From Anaerolineae bacterium (GTDB taxonomy: Bacteria > Chloroflexota > Anaerolineae > CG2-30-64-16): DNA of 64,000 nucleotides. The position numbers and the translations under genes were made by a program. Below are positions 17,127 through 27,419 of this stretch, piece by piece (within the stretch, counting starts at the first letter, position 1; each line of letters begins with the position of its first letter). The notes under the pieces were generated by a model. The model saw only the letters and a program-made list of their open reading frames with translations, ran no database searches and had not been told where the DNA came from. The stretch is taken from positions 8,241 to 72,240 of the forward strand of contig JAXGYZ010000013.1 of assembly GCA_040772005.1 (NCBI GenBank), in the 5' to 3' direction.

Positions 17127-19325
17127 CTACGCGACCGGATCCGGCTTGGCGAGCGTGTCCACCAGATTGCGCCAGTTCATAAAGCTCTGTTCCTTGGGCC
17201 GGCCGCAGATCCAGTCCATCTCGGTCATCGCTTCTTTGTAGGGCGTGATGGCTACGCCGCGACGCTCGATGCCGATGACGTTGATATCGGTGTTGCCGGA
17301 TTCGATGTCCTGCATGATTTGCCGCGCGGCATGGGCCCCCAACCGGCTGCCTTGCACCCGGTCGAACGCGGTCGGCGCACCCCCGCGTTGGAGATGCCCC
17401 AGGATAGTCTGGCGCACTTCGAACTGGCCGTCCGATTCCGCCTCCATGATGCGACGCACGAATTCCGTGTCATAATGGGGCGACGCGCCCTCCGAGATGA
17501 TCACGATGCCGAGTTTCTTGCCCTGGGCAAAGCCCTGGCGCAGGGTCTCGATGTCGTGCCGCAGCGAGTCCAGCGTGATGCCGTCCTCGTTGAGCAGCTC
17601 CATCTCGGCCCCGGTCGCCAGCCCCGCGGCCAGTGCCAGATATCCGCACTGCCGGCCCATCACCTCTACGATGAAGGCGCGATGTGCGGCGCCCGCGGTG
17701 TACTTGATCTTGTCGATGGCGTCGACGATGTTGTTGAGCGCGGTGTCCGCGCCGATGGTGATTTCGGTGCCGGGCAGATTGTTGTCGATGGTCGCGGGCA
17801 CGAGGATCATGGGGATGCGCAGCGCGCGGTACTGCTCGCGCGCGGCCATGATCTTCTGGGCCTGCAGGTAGGTGCTCAGGCCGCCGACCGCGATCATGCC
17901 GCGGATGTCCCACGCCTTGATTTGCTCGGCCATCTGCGCGATCTCTTCTTCGGTGAGCTCATGGCGCACTGCGCCCAACTCGCTCCCGCCCCGGTTGATC
18001 CAGCCGTGAACCGTCATCCAGTTCAGATCCCAGATGTCGCCGCGCGCCAGGCCGCCGAATCCGTAGCGCGCGCCGACGACATCCTGGCCGACGTTGCGCG
18101 CCATGCGCAAGGCGGTGCGCAGGATGGCGTTCATGCCCGGGGCATCCGGCCCGCCCGTGAGCAGCAGGATGCGGCCCTTGCCCGCCAGGGCTTGCTTGGG
18201 TTCGGCGCGGGCCAGCGTCTTGAACATTTCGAACGAATCGAGAAAGCTGCGGCCGCGCAGCTCCAGCGCCGCCTGGAAATGGCCCTGATCCATCTCGACG
18301 TTGATGGCCTGGCTCTTGGCAACCATCTCTGTCAGTGGGGTGGCGGCCGGCTGGTTGTGGACCAACCCGACCATGACCGGCGTGGGATCCGGTCCTGCCA
18401 GGTACTCGACCGCGGCCTGGCCGAGCCGCGACGCCAGGATACGGTCGAACGCGCTGGGCGAGCCGCCGCGCTGCACGTGGCCCAGGACGGTCACGCGTGC
18501 ATCTACGCCGGCGCGCGTCTTGACGATCTCGGTGATGGTTTCGGCCTTGATAGGCAGGCCATCGGAGTGGCGTGCACCCTCGGCCAGGAGGATGACATCC
18601 TGGCGTCGGCCTGCGGCGCGCCCGCGGCCCAGCGCCTCGATCATCTTATAGTGCCAGCGCGCGTCCATCTCCTCTTCGGGGATGAGGACCCAGTCAGAGC
18701 CGCTCGCGACCGCGCCCATGAGCGCAAGGTAGCCGCTGCGCCGGCCCATCACCTCGACCACGAACGCACGCTGGTGCGCGCCGGCCGTGGATTTGAGCTT
18801 ATCGACCGCCTCGACGACGGTGTTCAGGGCTGTGTCTGCACCGATCGCCATGTCTGTGCCATACTGGTCGTTGTCGATGGAACCGGGAAGCCCCACGATG
18901 CGCAATGGCGTGGGGTTTGCGGCCTTCTCCGGCGGAATGACGCCTGCCGCGGCCAGGGCCTGAAGATGCTCCTCCCATTCCTGGTAGAGCAGCAACCCGC
19001 CCGTGAGTGATCCATCGCCCCCGATGACGGCCATGGCTTCAATGCCTGCGTTGACCAGATTGCCCGCAGCCTTGCGACGGCCCTCCTTGCTGCGGAACAC
19101 CTCCGAGCGGGCTGTACCCAGGATGGTACCGCCCAATTGCAGGATGCCGCCGACGTCGCGCCAGGTGAGTGGCTGGAACTGCTCGCCGCCATCCACGACG
19201 CCTTGCCAGCCTTCGTGAATGCCGATGACCTCCATCCCCTTATCGATGGCGCAGCGCGTAATGGCCCGAATGGCCGCATTCATGCCCGGCGCATCGCCGC
19301 CGCTCGTGATGATCCCGATTCGCAT
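17127..19325 (-). CDS. pfkA: ATP-dependent 6-phosphofructokinase, tandem-duplicated (eukaryote-type)
   Basis: N-half TSGGDAPGMN, GGDGS, PGSIDND, EVMGR, GHVQRGG; C-half GGPDAPGMN, PATIDNN, EVMGR, GHLQRGG. Confidence 0.9.
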   Translation of the reverse strand: MRIGIITSGGDAPGMNAAIRAITRCAIDKGMEVIGIHEGWQGVVDGGEQFQPLTWRDVGGILQLGGTILGTARSEVFRSKEGRRKAAGNLVNAGIEAMAVIGGDGSLTGGLLLYQEWEEHLQALAAAGVIPPEKAANPTPLRIVGLPGSIDNDQYGTDMAIGADTALNTVVEAVDKLKSTAGAHQRAFVVEVMGRRSGYLALMGAVASGSDWVLIPEEEMDARWHYKMIEALGRGRAAGRRQDVILLAEGARHSDGLPIKAETITEIVKTRAGVDARVTVLGHVQRGGSPSAFDRILASRLGQAAVEYLAGPDPTPVMVGLVHNQPAATPLTEMVAKSQAINVEMDQGHFQAALELRGRSFLDSFEMFKTLARAEPKQALAGKGRILLLTGGPDAPGMNAILRTALRMARNVGQDVVGARYGFGGLARGDIWDLNWMTVHGWINRGGSELGAVRHELTEEEIAQMAEQIKAWDIRGMIAVGGLSTYLQAQKIMAAREQYRALRIPMILVPATIDNNLPGTEITIGADTALNNIVDAIDKIKYTAGAAHRAFIVEVMGRQCGYLALAAGLATGAEMELLNEDGITLDSLRHDIETLRQGFAQGKKLGIVIISEGASPHYDTEFVRRIMEAESDGQFEVRQTILGHLQRGGAPTAFDRVQGSRLGAHAARQIMQDIESGNTDINVIGIERRGVAITPYKEAMTEMDWICGRPKEQSFMNWRNLVDTLAKPDPVA

Positions 19326-19404
19326 GGCAACCTCCCCTGAACAACGGGCGCGTTTTGCTTATCCCACGTTTACACGGTGATTCTAAGACTGTGCGTGATT
19401 CCTG

Positions 19405-19971
19405 TCAATGCAGAGAAGTCCTTTCCATGCGGAGTCCCTGGGGATAAGACCGAATGTAGATGGCGCTTGTCACAAATCCGACCAACGCGCCACCGACTAT
19501 GGCAATGGCCATGTATTCCATGATGCCACCCAGGATATCGCTCCGAAAGATGTTGCCCCAGTTCTGCCAGAAGTATGGGGATCCGTAGCTGGCGAAGCTC
19601 AACTCCTCCCGCCCCGGCACCCCCACGGCAAGCTGTGCCGCATTGGTGAGGTAGTAAGTCAGGATGCCCGTGCACCATACGGCAAGTCCGGCGACCGCGG
19701 ACCGCAGTTTCGACCTCGAAACCCTGGTTTCGTGCAGGACGACCGGAATCACGACGACGAGCCAGATGCCGAGATTCAACAGCAGAAACATCACGATGAA
19801 TCGGGCAGCCTGTCCGGTTGGGCTGTCGCCGAAGACTTGTCTGGCAGGGAACTTGCCGAGGACGTGCAGGTAGAAGAAGTCGAAAACGCCGAACAGAGCT
19901 CCAACCATCAGGTAGTTAAGCCAGCGGTGCCTCATCCAGGACCTCCTTTGGTGGCTGATCTTGTTTTGCAC
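19405..19971 (-). CDS. Hypothetical membrane protein (about 4 TM)
   Basis: Four hydrophobic stretches; co-oriented between the flippase fusion and pfk; start uncertain. Confidence 0.6.
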   Translation of the reverse strand: MQNKISHQRRSWMRHRWLNYLMVGALFGVFDFFYLHVLGKFPARQVFGDSPTGQAARFIVMFLLLNLGIWLVVVIPVVLHETRVSRSKLRSAVAGLAVWCTGILTYYLTNAAQLAVGVPGREELSFASYGSPYFWQNWGNIFRSDILGGIMEYMAIAIVGGALVGFVTSAIYIRSYPQGLRMERTSLH

Positions 19972-20060
19972 TACGCCCAGCTACGGCCGCAGGTTGCGGG
20001 CGCCTGCGGGAGGATGTCCATGAGGTGAGGAAGTGTGAGCAGCCTGAACTGCAAGCGGCG

Positions 20061-23000
20061 CTATGCCTGGGGCTCCTGGATGGCCGGTTTTCGCTGCAGG
20101 TAGCCGCGCAACACGCCGTACTCCGGCCCGCTGAACGCACGCAACAGGATGAGCACTGCGATATAGACGCCAAGTCCGGCCGGCAGGCCAGCCACGAGCG
20201 GCACGCCGAGCCGGTCCAACCCCCACACGACGAGCACGTTCAGCGCAGTCGCTGCGATGGGACGGTAGAGCAGGTTCAGCCAGGGCAGGGGGGCGACATA
20301 ACGATGCACTGCCCAGGCGAAGGGGATGAAGAGCGACAGCTCCGCGGGGATCTGCAGGGCCGCGGCCGCGACATAGCCGAAGCGCGGCACCAGGAGCAGG
20401 TTGGCCGTGGCGGTGAAGCCTACGCCGATCAGGAAGGCCTTCGTAAGATAGCGCTGCTGGTTGACGGCAATCAGCACGTACTGGGTGACTGAGTTGATGA
20501 AGCCGATGGGGATGGACCAGATCATGATGCGCAGCGCGATGGCGGCGTCGGGCAGGTAGGCCGCGCCACCGAGAATCTGGATGAGCGGTGTGGCGGCAAA
20601 CGTGAACAGCACGGCCAGTGGGAGGCTGACGATGAACAACAACTGGAGCGCCAGCCGGTACGCGCGTACCAGCGTGTCCGCGCCCGCGTGTGCATAGCGA
20701 CTCATCAGCGGGAAGATCGCCAACGTGAAATAGCTGGGGATGACGTTGAGCCCGTCGAGATACTTCACGCCCGCGGAGAAGATGCCCACTGCGGCCAGGC
20801 CGGTCGCCGGCGCGCCGCGCAACACGAGCTGGCTGATGCGCCAAAAGACCGTCGCAAGCAGATGGTTGATCATCAGCGGGCCGGATTGGGCCAGCATGTG
20901 CCGCTGGCTCTGCCAGCTCAGCCCCAGGCGAGACCGGCCAGAGCCTGTCTCGTGCTGTGGCCGGTCTCCGACCGTGCCACTCTCTGGCGGCAGCACTTTG
21001 CTGCGCAGCAGCGCGCCCAGCCAGATGACCTGCACGACGTTCATCACGAGCGACACCCAGGCCAGGCCGACGAAGCCCATGTCGAGCGGCGGCAGGATCA
21101 CGAGTGCGCCGAGCGCCACCTTGCCGACCGCGGTGGCGGTCGACGTGGCCGCGGGATACTCCATTTTCTCGAACGCGTTGAACACCGCACTGATGGCGTC
21201 CGCAATGTTGGCGAAGAACAATGCCCCGGCGAAGACGGCAATTGCCTGGATTTCCGCGGTCGTGAGCTGGTTCAGCACCACCCGGTAGAACAGCGCGACG
21301 AGCGCCATCAGCGGCAGGCTGGCGAGCCACAGCCCGCTGCGCAGCGCAATGACGTTGTAGAGGTAGCTGCGTGCCCGGCTCTTGTCCAGCGCGACATCGC
21401 GCGTGACCAGCGTGCCCAGGCCGAAGCGGGTCAGGATTTCGAACAGCCCGTAGAAGGTGATGGCGAAGACGTAGCCGCCCTCACCGACCGGGCTGAGCAC
21501 CCGCAGCCGCAGCATGGCAAAGGCGAAGTCGATGGCCCGGCTCAACAGCGACATCGCCATCTGGACCGCGCTGTTCTTCGCGACCGTGCCGACCTCGCTG
21601 CCCTCGCCCTTGTAGAAGCGGCCCCAGGCCCACCAACCCGCCAGCATGAGCAGAGTGATGCCGGCCAGGAAGGTGGTGTAGAGCCCGAGCAGCACGCTGC
21701 GGGGGGAGTAGACGAAGCGCACGGTCCACTGCCCGGCCTCCGGCAGATAGACTGCCCGGAACGCGCCGTCCGCGCGGTAGAGCGCCATCTGCTGCTCGAC
21801 CGGATTACCCGCCGCGTCCACGCCTTCGCCCTCGACCCCGAACGGCCGGAGGTACGCTTTCCAGCCTTCAAAATAGCTGTCCGTGAAGACCAGCCACCCA
21901 CGGTCGCTGATGTTCACGTCTACAAAGACTTCGCGGCCCCCCCGCTGGCTGATGCGCGCCTCGCGCACCTCGGGCGACGAGGCCGCGGGCAGCGTCGCGA
22001 GCGCCAACTCACCCGCAGTCGCCGGCTCGATGACAACCGTCTGGCCGGGGTCGACCGTTTCCAGCCGGTCCAGCGCCGCAGCAGGATCCGCGGCCGCGAC
22101 CGCCTCCGGCACGATGAACACGCGCGGCAGCGCGTCCCCGTTCTCGTAGACGGCCACCTCGCCGTCATAGACCTGCCGGTAGCCCGCATTCGGGATCGCG
22201 CTCGATGTCACCACATAGCGGACGCCGAGCAGGTCGAGCAGGCGGCTGTCGAGTGCGGGATAGTTCGCCTGGCCGTCAACCTGGGTGTAGATGGGGCCGA
22301 TGCGGTTGTAGAGCAGGTCATACTGCGGCTGGATGCGCTCCATGTACTGCGCATATTGCCGCAGGATAATGGAGTCGTAGCCCCGGATATCCTCCAGCCC
22401 GTAGGCCATCACGGAGTTGGCCCACAGCGTCTTGTCATCGGGCGCATTAAAGCTGGTCAGCCGCCAGGGCTGCGCGGGGTCCTGCTGTGCCTGCAGCCAC
22501 TCGATGACGGGCGGCGTGAAGCTGAGCAGCCTGGGGTCGGTGGCAGGGTTGAAGCTGTGCCCTACGAGCCAGAGGTCGAGGATGAGCAGGAGAGGCAGCG
22601 CGGCCCACCGTAGCTCATGCTTCAAAGCATCCTTCGGCTGCCTGGCGGAGACTGCTCCGCCACTCCGCTCAGGATGCTCCGTGTTGATGGCGTCCCCGGC
22701 ATCCTGAGCGGGCGTGCGTCGCGCAGCGCCGCCCGGAGTCGAAGGTCGTGCCCACCACAGCGCCAGTCCGGCCAACAATGCCATCGCGCCGAAGCGGGCC
22801 AGCCCCAGCGCCCAATAGCTCCACGCCATCACACCGTCGGCAAAGCCGCGCGCCTGGATCCGGTCGGCCCAGAAGCCCCACATCATCAGCCGGTCGGCCA
22901 GCGCGACAAACGGGCCGGGCACGACCACGCTTGCCAGCACGACGAGCAACGCCCCGATCCCCGCCGCAATGGCGAATCCCGCGAGCAGAGTGATGAACAC

Positions 23001-24530
23001 CCGCAGCGGATTGGGGGTGGCCGACCCGCGAGACCTTTCACCAGCTTCCGTGCGCAGTGTAGCTGCGCCCATCCAGCTTCCAGCCATTATCGCGTGCAGC
23101 CCGAACCCCGCCAGCGCGGCCATGCTGAGTGTGTACGGGAACACCCATCGGAACGCGGAGTGCAACTGGCTGTAGCCGGGCAAGCCGTAATACAGGATGG
23201 CGTAGAGCGGCGTGCCGAAGGCGAAGAGCAGAGAGAGGACTGCAAGCAGGGCAAAGAGCAGCACGGAGGACGGACGGACGAAGGAAGATTGAAGAAGGAG
23301 GATGGAAGATGAACGCGTATCACCGTCTGCCGGGGCCCCCGCCTTTCCTGCTTGCTTCTTGCTTCTTCCTTGTACGGCTGCAGCCACCACCGCGACCGCT
23401 GCCAGCAGCCAGGTGACGATGCCCAGATAGTTGCCGCCTTCGACGTAGTTCTTGACGCCCCAGTCGATGGTGCTCAGCGGCTCGCCGAGAGCGTTCTGCG
23501 TGACGGGCGCCCATGTGCGCTGCCAGATGTCGAACCAGGTGTGGTGGGTCGGGTTGCCGAAGAAGTCGGGCAGGAAGAAGGTCAAGACCTGCTGGCTGGG
23601 CCAGGCCCAATCGCGCACCTGTTGGAGGCTGGCCGAGCCTTCGCGAAAGGACTGCGAGACAAGCTCGTAGAGCGGGAGCAGTTGCACGCCGCTCAATGCC
23701 AGGCCGAACGCAACCATTACCAGCAGCCAGAGGGCCAGCCGCAGCGAGGGTAGGGGTGTACGTACCCGCCGCCACAACACGATCAGACGCCACAACGCAT
23801 AGTATGCGCTGACCATCAGCGTGTAGTAGGTGATTTCGACGTGCCCGGCGAGGCTGGCGAGTGCGAGGAAGAGGCTGCCCGCCACGATGTAGGGGACGGG
23901 CGAGAAGGATGCTGGACCCTTCTCCTCTTGCTTGCGGACGACGATCTCGATCATCGCCAGGATCAACGGCAGCCAGGCCGCCGCGGCAATGACCATCGTG
24001 AAGTTGACGCTGACGATGAAGAAGCCAGAGAACGCGTAGGCGACCGCGCTGACCACCGCGGGCAGCGGGCGCAGCCGCAACACCCGCATGAAGATGTACA
24101 TGGCCGCGGCCGCGATGCCGAGCTGGAGCCAGGTGAAGACGCCGTAGGCCCGCCACAGCGGCAGGATGTAGAACAGGATGCTTAGCGGGTACATGGCGGA
24201 GTGCTGGCCCGCGGCCAGGAACGGCGCGCCGGCAAAGAGCCGGGGGCTCCACAGCAGGCCGCCGATGTCGCCCGTGCGGAGCGACTCCAGGATGTACGAC
24301 TTCCACTGGTAGTTTTCGAGGATCAGGTCGCTGATGAGCGGATTGTGCGGGACGCCCGCGCCGAGCTGCGTTGCGTAAGGCTCCCACGGCGGGAACTGGT
24401 ACAGGTTGTCTGCCGGCAGGAGGGTGGCATTGCCGAAGACCTGCGGTGCGAACCATAGGAGCGGCAGCAGCAGCAGGGCCAGCACAACAAGAGCGTCGGT
24501 ACGCCGGGTGGTCATGGGCGGTCGGGTCAC
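20061..24530 (-). CDS. YfhO-like GT-C glycosyltransferase fused to a C-terminal polysaccharide flippase (Wzx/MOP-like)
   Basis: [50 protein letters not shown] (YfhO-like), then [32 protein letters not shown] (flippase); start taken at the GTG overlapping the GT2 stop (or ATG 24515). Confidence 0.8.
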   Translation of the reverse strand: MTRPPMTTRRTDALVVLALLLLPLLWFAPQVFGNATLLPADNLYQFPPWEPYATQLGAGVPHNPLISDLILENYQWKSYILESLRTGDIGGLLWSPRLFAGAPFLAAGQHSAMYPLSILFYILPLWRAYGVFTWLQLGIAAAAMYIFMRVLRLRPLPAVVSAVAYAFSGFFIVSVNFTMVIAAAAWLPLILAMIEIVVRKQEEKGPASFSPVPYIVAGSLFLALASLAGHVEITYYTLMVSAYYALWRLIVLWRRVRTPLPSLRLALWLLVMVAFGLALSGVQLLPLYELVSQSFREGSASLQQVRDWAWPSQQVLTFFLPDFFGNPTHHTWFDIWQRTWAPVTQNALGEPLSTIDWGVKNYVEGGNYLGIVTWLLAAVAVVAAAVQGRSKKQAGKAGAPADGDTRSSSILLLQSSFVRPSSVLLFALLAVLSLLFAFGTPLYAILYYGLPGYSQLHSAFRWVFPYTLSMAALAGFGLHAIMAGSWMGAATLRTEAGERSRGSATPNPLRVFITLLAGFAIAAGIGALLVVLASVVVPGPFVALADRLMMWGFWADRIQARGFADGVMAWSYWALGLARFGAMALLAGLALWWARPSTPGGAARRTPAQDAGDAINTEHPERSGGAVSARQPKDALKHELRWAALPLLLILDLWLVGHSFNPATDPRLLSFTPPVIEWLQAQQDPAQPWRLTSFNAPDDKTLWANSVMAYGLEDIRGYDSIILRQYAQYMERIQPQYDLLYNRIGPIYTQVDGQANYPALDSRLLDLLGVRYVVTSSAIPNAGYRQVYDGEVAVYENGDALPRVFIVPEAVAAADPAAALDRLETVDPGQTVVIEPATAGELALATLPAASSPEVREARISQRGGREVFVDVNISDRGWLVFTDSYFEGWKAYLRPFGVEGEGVDAAGNPVEQQMALYRADGAFRAVYLPEAGQWTVRFVYSPRSVLLGLYTTFLAGITLLMLAGWWAWGRFYKGEGSEVGTVAKNSAVQMAMSLLSRAIDFAFAMLRLRVLSPVGEGGYVFAITFYGLFEILTRFGLGTLVTRDVALDKSRARSYLYNVIALRSGLWLASLPLMALVALFYRVVLNQLTTAEIQAIAVFAGALFFANIADAISAVFNAFEKMEYPAATSTATAVGKVALGALVILPPLDMGFVGLAWVSLVMNVVQVIWLGALLRSKVLPPESGTVGDRPQHETGSGRSRLGLSWQSQRHMLAQSGPLMINHLLATVFWRISQLVLRGAPATGLAAVGIFSAGVKYLDGLNVIPSYFTLAIFPLMSRYAHAGADTLVRAYRLALQLLFIVSLPLAVLFTFAATPLIQILGGAAYLPDAAIALRIMIWSIPIGFINSVTQYVLIAVNQQRYLTKAFLIGVGFTATANLLLVPRFGYVAAAALQIPAELSLFIPFAWAVHRYVAPLPWLNLLYRPIAATALNVLVVWGLDRLGVPLVAGLPAGLGVYIAVLILLRAFSGPEYGVLRGYLQRKPAIQEPQA
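20930..20978. repeat. REP-like palindrome inside the flippase domain
   Basis: GAGACCGGCCA...TGGCCGGTCTC; GCTGTGGCCGGTCTCCGACCGTGCC matches intergenic 48541-48565 at 23 of 25 positions. Confidence 0.7.
22626..22678. repeat. REP-like palindrome inside the YfhO domain
   Basis: AGCATCCT...TGGCGGAG-ACTG-CTCCGCCA...AGGATGCT; encodes [18 protein letters not shown]. Confidence 0.7.
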
Positions 24531-25321
24531 TTTGACTCGTGGCTGCTCGCGGGCAGGTTGCTGCGGGTGGCGCGGCGGTGCCGCCACCAGATGCGGAGGA
24601 CATCCACCGCCCCTTGCAGCTTGACGGGCACGCTCATCTTCGATTTGCCGATGCGGCGGTCTTCGAAGTAGATGGGGATCTCGATGACCTTGAAACCGAG
24701 GCGTTCGGTCAGGTAGGTCATCTCGACCTGAAAGGCGTAGCCGTTGGACTGCACGCGGTCCAGGCCGATGCCGAGCAGCGTCGCGCGGCGCCAGCACTTG
24801 AAGCCAGCCGTGATATCGCGCGTTTGGATGTGCAAGATGCGGCGGGCCCACACCTCGTTGGCCCACCAGCTCAGGAAGCGGCGCCACCAACTCCAGCGTT
24901 CGTCTAGTTGCCCGCCGGGCACGTAGCGCGAGCCTATCACCACGTCGCATTTTGCCAGCAGGGCCAGCATCTCAGGGATCTTGTCAGGCGGGTGGGAGAA
25001 GTCGGCGTCCATCTGGACGATGGCGTCCGCCGACATGGCGAGCGCAGCCTCGAACCCGGCCAGGTAAGCCCGGCCCAGCCCCTGCTTGCCCGGTCGATGG
25101 CAGACGCGAATCTCGCCAGGGAACCGGCAGGCCAGTTCGTCGGCGAGGCGGCCCGTGCCATCAGGGGAGTTGTCATCCACAATCAGCAGATGCAGTTCCG
25201 GCACGGCCAGCGCGCGCAACTCGGCGACCAGGCTGGGCAGGTTGGCGGCTTCGTTGTAAGTTGGAATTACGACAACGGTCCGGGAGATGGCCGCTACGTC
25301 ATTCGGTATCAGGGAAGGCAC
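24527..25321 (-). CDS. Polyprenol-monophosphomannose synthase-like GT2 glycosyltransferase
   Basis: [50 protein letters not shown]; GTG start inferred from promoter position. Confidence 0.9.
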   Translation of the reverse strand: MPSLIPNDVAAISRTVVVIPTYNEAANLPSLVAELRALAVPELHLLIVDDNSPDGTGRLADELACRFPGEIRVCHRPGKQGLGRAYLAGFEAALAMSADAIVQMDADFSHPPDKIPEMLALLAKCDVVIGSRYVPGGQLDERWSWWRRFLSWWANEVWARRILHIQTRDITAGFKCWRRATLLGIGLDRVQSNGYAFQVEMTYLTERLGFKVIEIPIYFEDRRIGKSKMSVPVKLQGAVDVLRIWWRHRRATRSNLPASSHESK

Positions 25322-25328
25322 AAAAGCG

Positions 25329-25391
25329 ATTCTATCACGCGGGCCAGCAAAGTGCAACCCTATTGCCTTTTGTTTTGCCATGCGCTATAAT
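25329..25391. promoter_or_regulatory. Divergent sigma70-type promoter pair
   Basis: Minus strand TTGCAC-17-TAGAAT (25357-25329); plus strand TTGCCT-17-TATAAT (25363-25391). Confidence 0.7.
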
Positions 25392-25429
25392 CTGAAGCTG
25401 CGGGGTGTCGGAAGCGGAGGAGGTGGCGA

Positions 25430-26179
25430 ATGGGGCGCAGTCCAAACTCCAAACCGGTCCAGATTTTGTACATCGGTCGGGCGGACCCGAACCATGACAA
25501 GGTCTGGCAGGGGTTGCAACAGGAGGGCGTGGCCGTCGCCTTCGCTCGTACACAAATCGCAGGCCTGCAGATAGCCCGCGAACTCCACCCCAACCTCGTG
25601 ATTATCAGTACGGCTAACAGCCACTTCTCCGGCGACCGCCTCTGCCGCACGCTCGCTCGCCGCCTGCCTCAGGCGCGCCTCCTTGCCATCCTGGATCGCG
25701 GGGAGGGCCACCATCTTGAGGTGCAGGAGCGCCTGGTCCATCCCTTTACTGCCCGCAAGCTGCGCGATACCATCCGCAGGCTGCTCGAGGCCGCCACGCC
25801 CCACCTCTTGCGGGCCGGCGACGTAGAGCTGGATTTGACCACACGCATTGTTGTCAGTCCCCAGGGCAAAACCCATCTCACGCCCAAACAGTGCCGTCTG
25901 CTCGCGATTTTTATGGAGCATCCCAACCAGGTCATCTCGCGCGAGGACCTGATGAAGGAGATCTGGGAGACGCATTACCTGGGCGACACGCGCACCCTGG
26001 ATGTCCATATCCGGTGGCTGCGCGAGAAGATCGAGGTGAATCCAACGCGGCCTCGGGTGCTCGTCACGCAGCGCGGGGTGGGCTATAAGCTCATCGTGGC
26101 AGCGCTTGTGGAACCGACCCTGGCCCCTGTGGACGATGACCTGGCGGAGGCGCTGGCATTGGAGGTCGAGGAAGTGTAG
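25430..26179 (+). CDS. OmpR-family regulator with atypical (pseudo) receiver domain
   Basis: Winged helix LTPKQ..VISRE..DTRTLDVHIRWLREKIE..TQRGVGY; the receiver has LVIIS and VHPF in place of the conserved Asp and Lys. Confidence 0.85.
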   Translation: MGRSPNSKPVQILYIGRADPNHDKVWQGLQQEGVAVAFARTQIAGLQIARELHPNLVIISTANSHFSGDRLCRTLARRLPQARLLAILDRGEGHHLEVQERLVHPFTARKLRDTIRRLLEAATPHLLRAGDVELDLTTRIVVSPQGKTHLTPKQCRLLAIFMEHPNQVISREDLMKEIWETHYLGDTRTLDVHIRWLREKIEVNPTRPRVLVTQRGVGYKLIVAALVEPTLAPVDDDLAEALALEVEEV

Positions 26180-26182
26180 CCT

Positions 26183-26238
26183 GCCTCACCCCCGACCCCG
26201 TCTCCTGGACCCAAGCTGCCCGGTTCAGGAGAGGGGGG
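26183..26238. repeat. REP-like palindrome, intergenic relative of the 8225-8350 element
   Basis: GCCTCACCCCCGACCCCGTCTCCTG...CAGGAGAGGGGGG. Confidence 0.7.
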
Positions 26239-26258
26239 TGGGGCCAATTCGTTTAAAC

Positions 26259-26282
26259 CAAAATCGGCGCTGACGCGCCGAC
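26259..26282 (-). terminator. Intrinsic terminator downstream of rpsT
   Basis: Minus strand GTCGGCGC-GTCA-GCGCCGAT followed by TTTGGTTT. Confidence 0.65.
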
Positions 26283-26345
26283 TGGTGGTTCCGTAATATG
26301 GCAGTCATCCCGCCGGGAAGTGAACCCTGCGGTACGGCCGAATGA

Positions 26346-26633
26346 TTACGCCGATAGCGTTTCTTGCGCGCGATGCAGGGCCTTCATCAGCCGCGACTTG
26401 CGCCGCGCGGCCGCGTTCTTGTGGATAATGCCCTTTTCCGCCGCCTTGTCGAGCGCGCGGATGGCGTTCTGCAGAGCCTCATCGGCGCCCGCCAGCTTAC
26501 CGGACGCGATGACCGATCGCGCCTTTTTCACAAAAGTGCGCGTCGACGTGCGAACGCGGCCGCGATAGGCCGCCTTGCGCGCGTCCCGGCGCAGCGCCTT
26601 CAAAGCAGATGGATTCTTCTTCAGATTTGGCAC
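26346..26633 (-). CDS. rpsT: 30S ribosomal protein S20
   Basis: PN..SALKALR, LDKAAEKGIIHKNAAARRKSRL. Confidence 0.95.
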   Translation of the reverse strand: MPNLKKNPSALKALRRDARKAAYRGRVRTSTRTFVKKARSVIASGKLAGADEALQNAIRALDKAAEKGIIHKNAAARRKSRLMKALHRAQETLSA

Positions 26634-26668
26634 CGATAGCCTCCAGGAATATAACGTACAGTCTTTAT

Positions 26669-27418
26669 TTATACCGCAGGCGGACGATTTTGTCCAGTTT
26701 GAGGGTATGTCTTGTTTGCTACAGGCGTGTTATCCGTTGCCTGCATATTATTGTCCGCCATGCGTGCCACGTCGGCCATAGCTTCCTCGACATACGGATA
26801 GGCCAGCCACACTGTCGCTGAACCGAAGATGCCGCCGGTCAGCAGGCGCAGGAACCAGTCGCTCTCGCGCAGGCCGAGCAGTTGGGTGCCGCCGTCGATC
26901 AGAATCGGCAGCAGCAGCACGCCGTACAGCCACAGCGGCAGCTTGGGCAACTTTCCGTCGCGGCCCTTGAGCCGCCCCCGTAGCGCGCCGAACAGCAGCC
27001 CACCGATCAGGATGGTCCCGTAGATGGCGATGTCACGCTGGCAGAGCGCCACTTTGAACCCTGTCTCGACGGTTCCCTGCCAGCGTAGAGCCTGGCGCTG
27101 CAAGACGTTGAGTCCCTCCGGCAGCGCGCCGACTGCCTCCAAATCATGGACATCGTAGACGAACTCGCGGCCAAACAGGAAGAACGACCGCTCCGGCAAT
27201 TGGTGACAGGTCGGCGCGTAGGCCGCATAAATCAGATTGGCCGGGCCGGTCGCGCCTGCCTCTTTGAGCACGGGCGCCAGGAAGGGCAGGCCGACGAACA
27301 GGGCCACCAGCACGTTGAACACGGCCAGCCAGTGGCGCGCGAGCCAGGCGGCCAACCGGTCGATTGCGCTCGCGAACCTGCCTGCAGGTGCAGGCTGGGC
27401 AGGGGTGTTCTGCGTCAT
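26669..27418 (-). CDS. DUF2085-like membrane protein
   Basis: CHQLPERSF, ALCQRD.AIY, IDGGTQL, RLLTG; ATG 27418 just after the ccdA stop. Confidence 0.7.
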   Translation of the reverse strand: MTQNTPAQPAPAGRFASAIDRLAAWLARHWLAVFNVLVALFVGLPFLAPVLKEAGATGPANLIYAAYAPTCHQLPERSFFLFGREFVYDVHDLEAVGALPEGLNVLQRQALRWQGTVETGFKVALCQRDIAIYGTILIGGLLFGALRGRLKGRDGKLPKLPLWLYGVLLLPILIDGGTQLLGLRESDWFLRLLTGGIFGSATVWLAYPYVEEAMADVARMADNNMQATDNTPVANKTYPQTGQNRPPAV

Positions 27419-27419
27419 C

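Noticed and set aside
17040-19010. Long antisense or alternative-frame ORFs (e.g. 17040-19010, 20688-22613, 54045-55907, 56356-58002)
   Set aside because: Shadows of real genes in high-GC DNA, with no motifs or RBS
24531-24950. N-terminal extension of the 1629-aa ORF
   Set aside because: It overlaps the GT2 gene in another frame; the real start is at 24530 or 24515
26250-26345. tRNA, tmRNA, SRP or 6S RNA after rpsT
   Set aside because: No cloverleaf, T-loop/CCA or SRP loop motif, and too short for 6S; kept only as an unassigned hairpin
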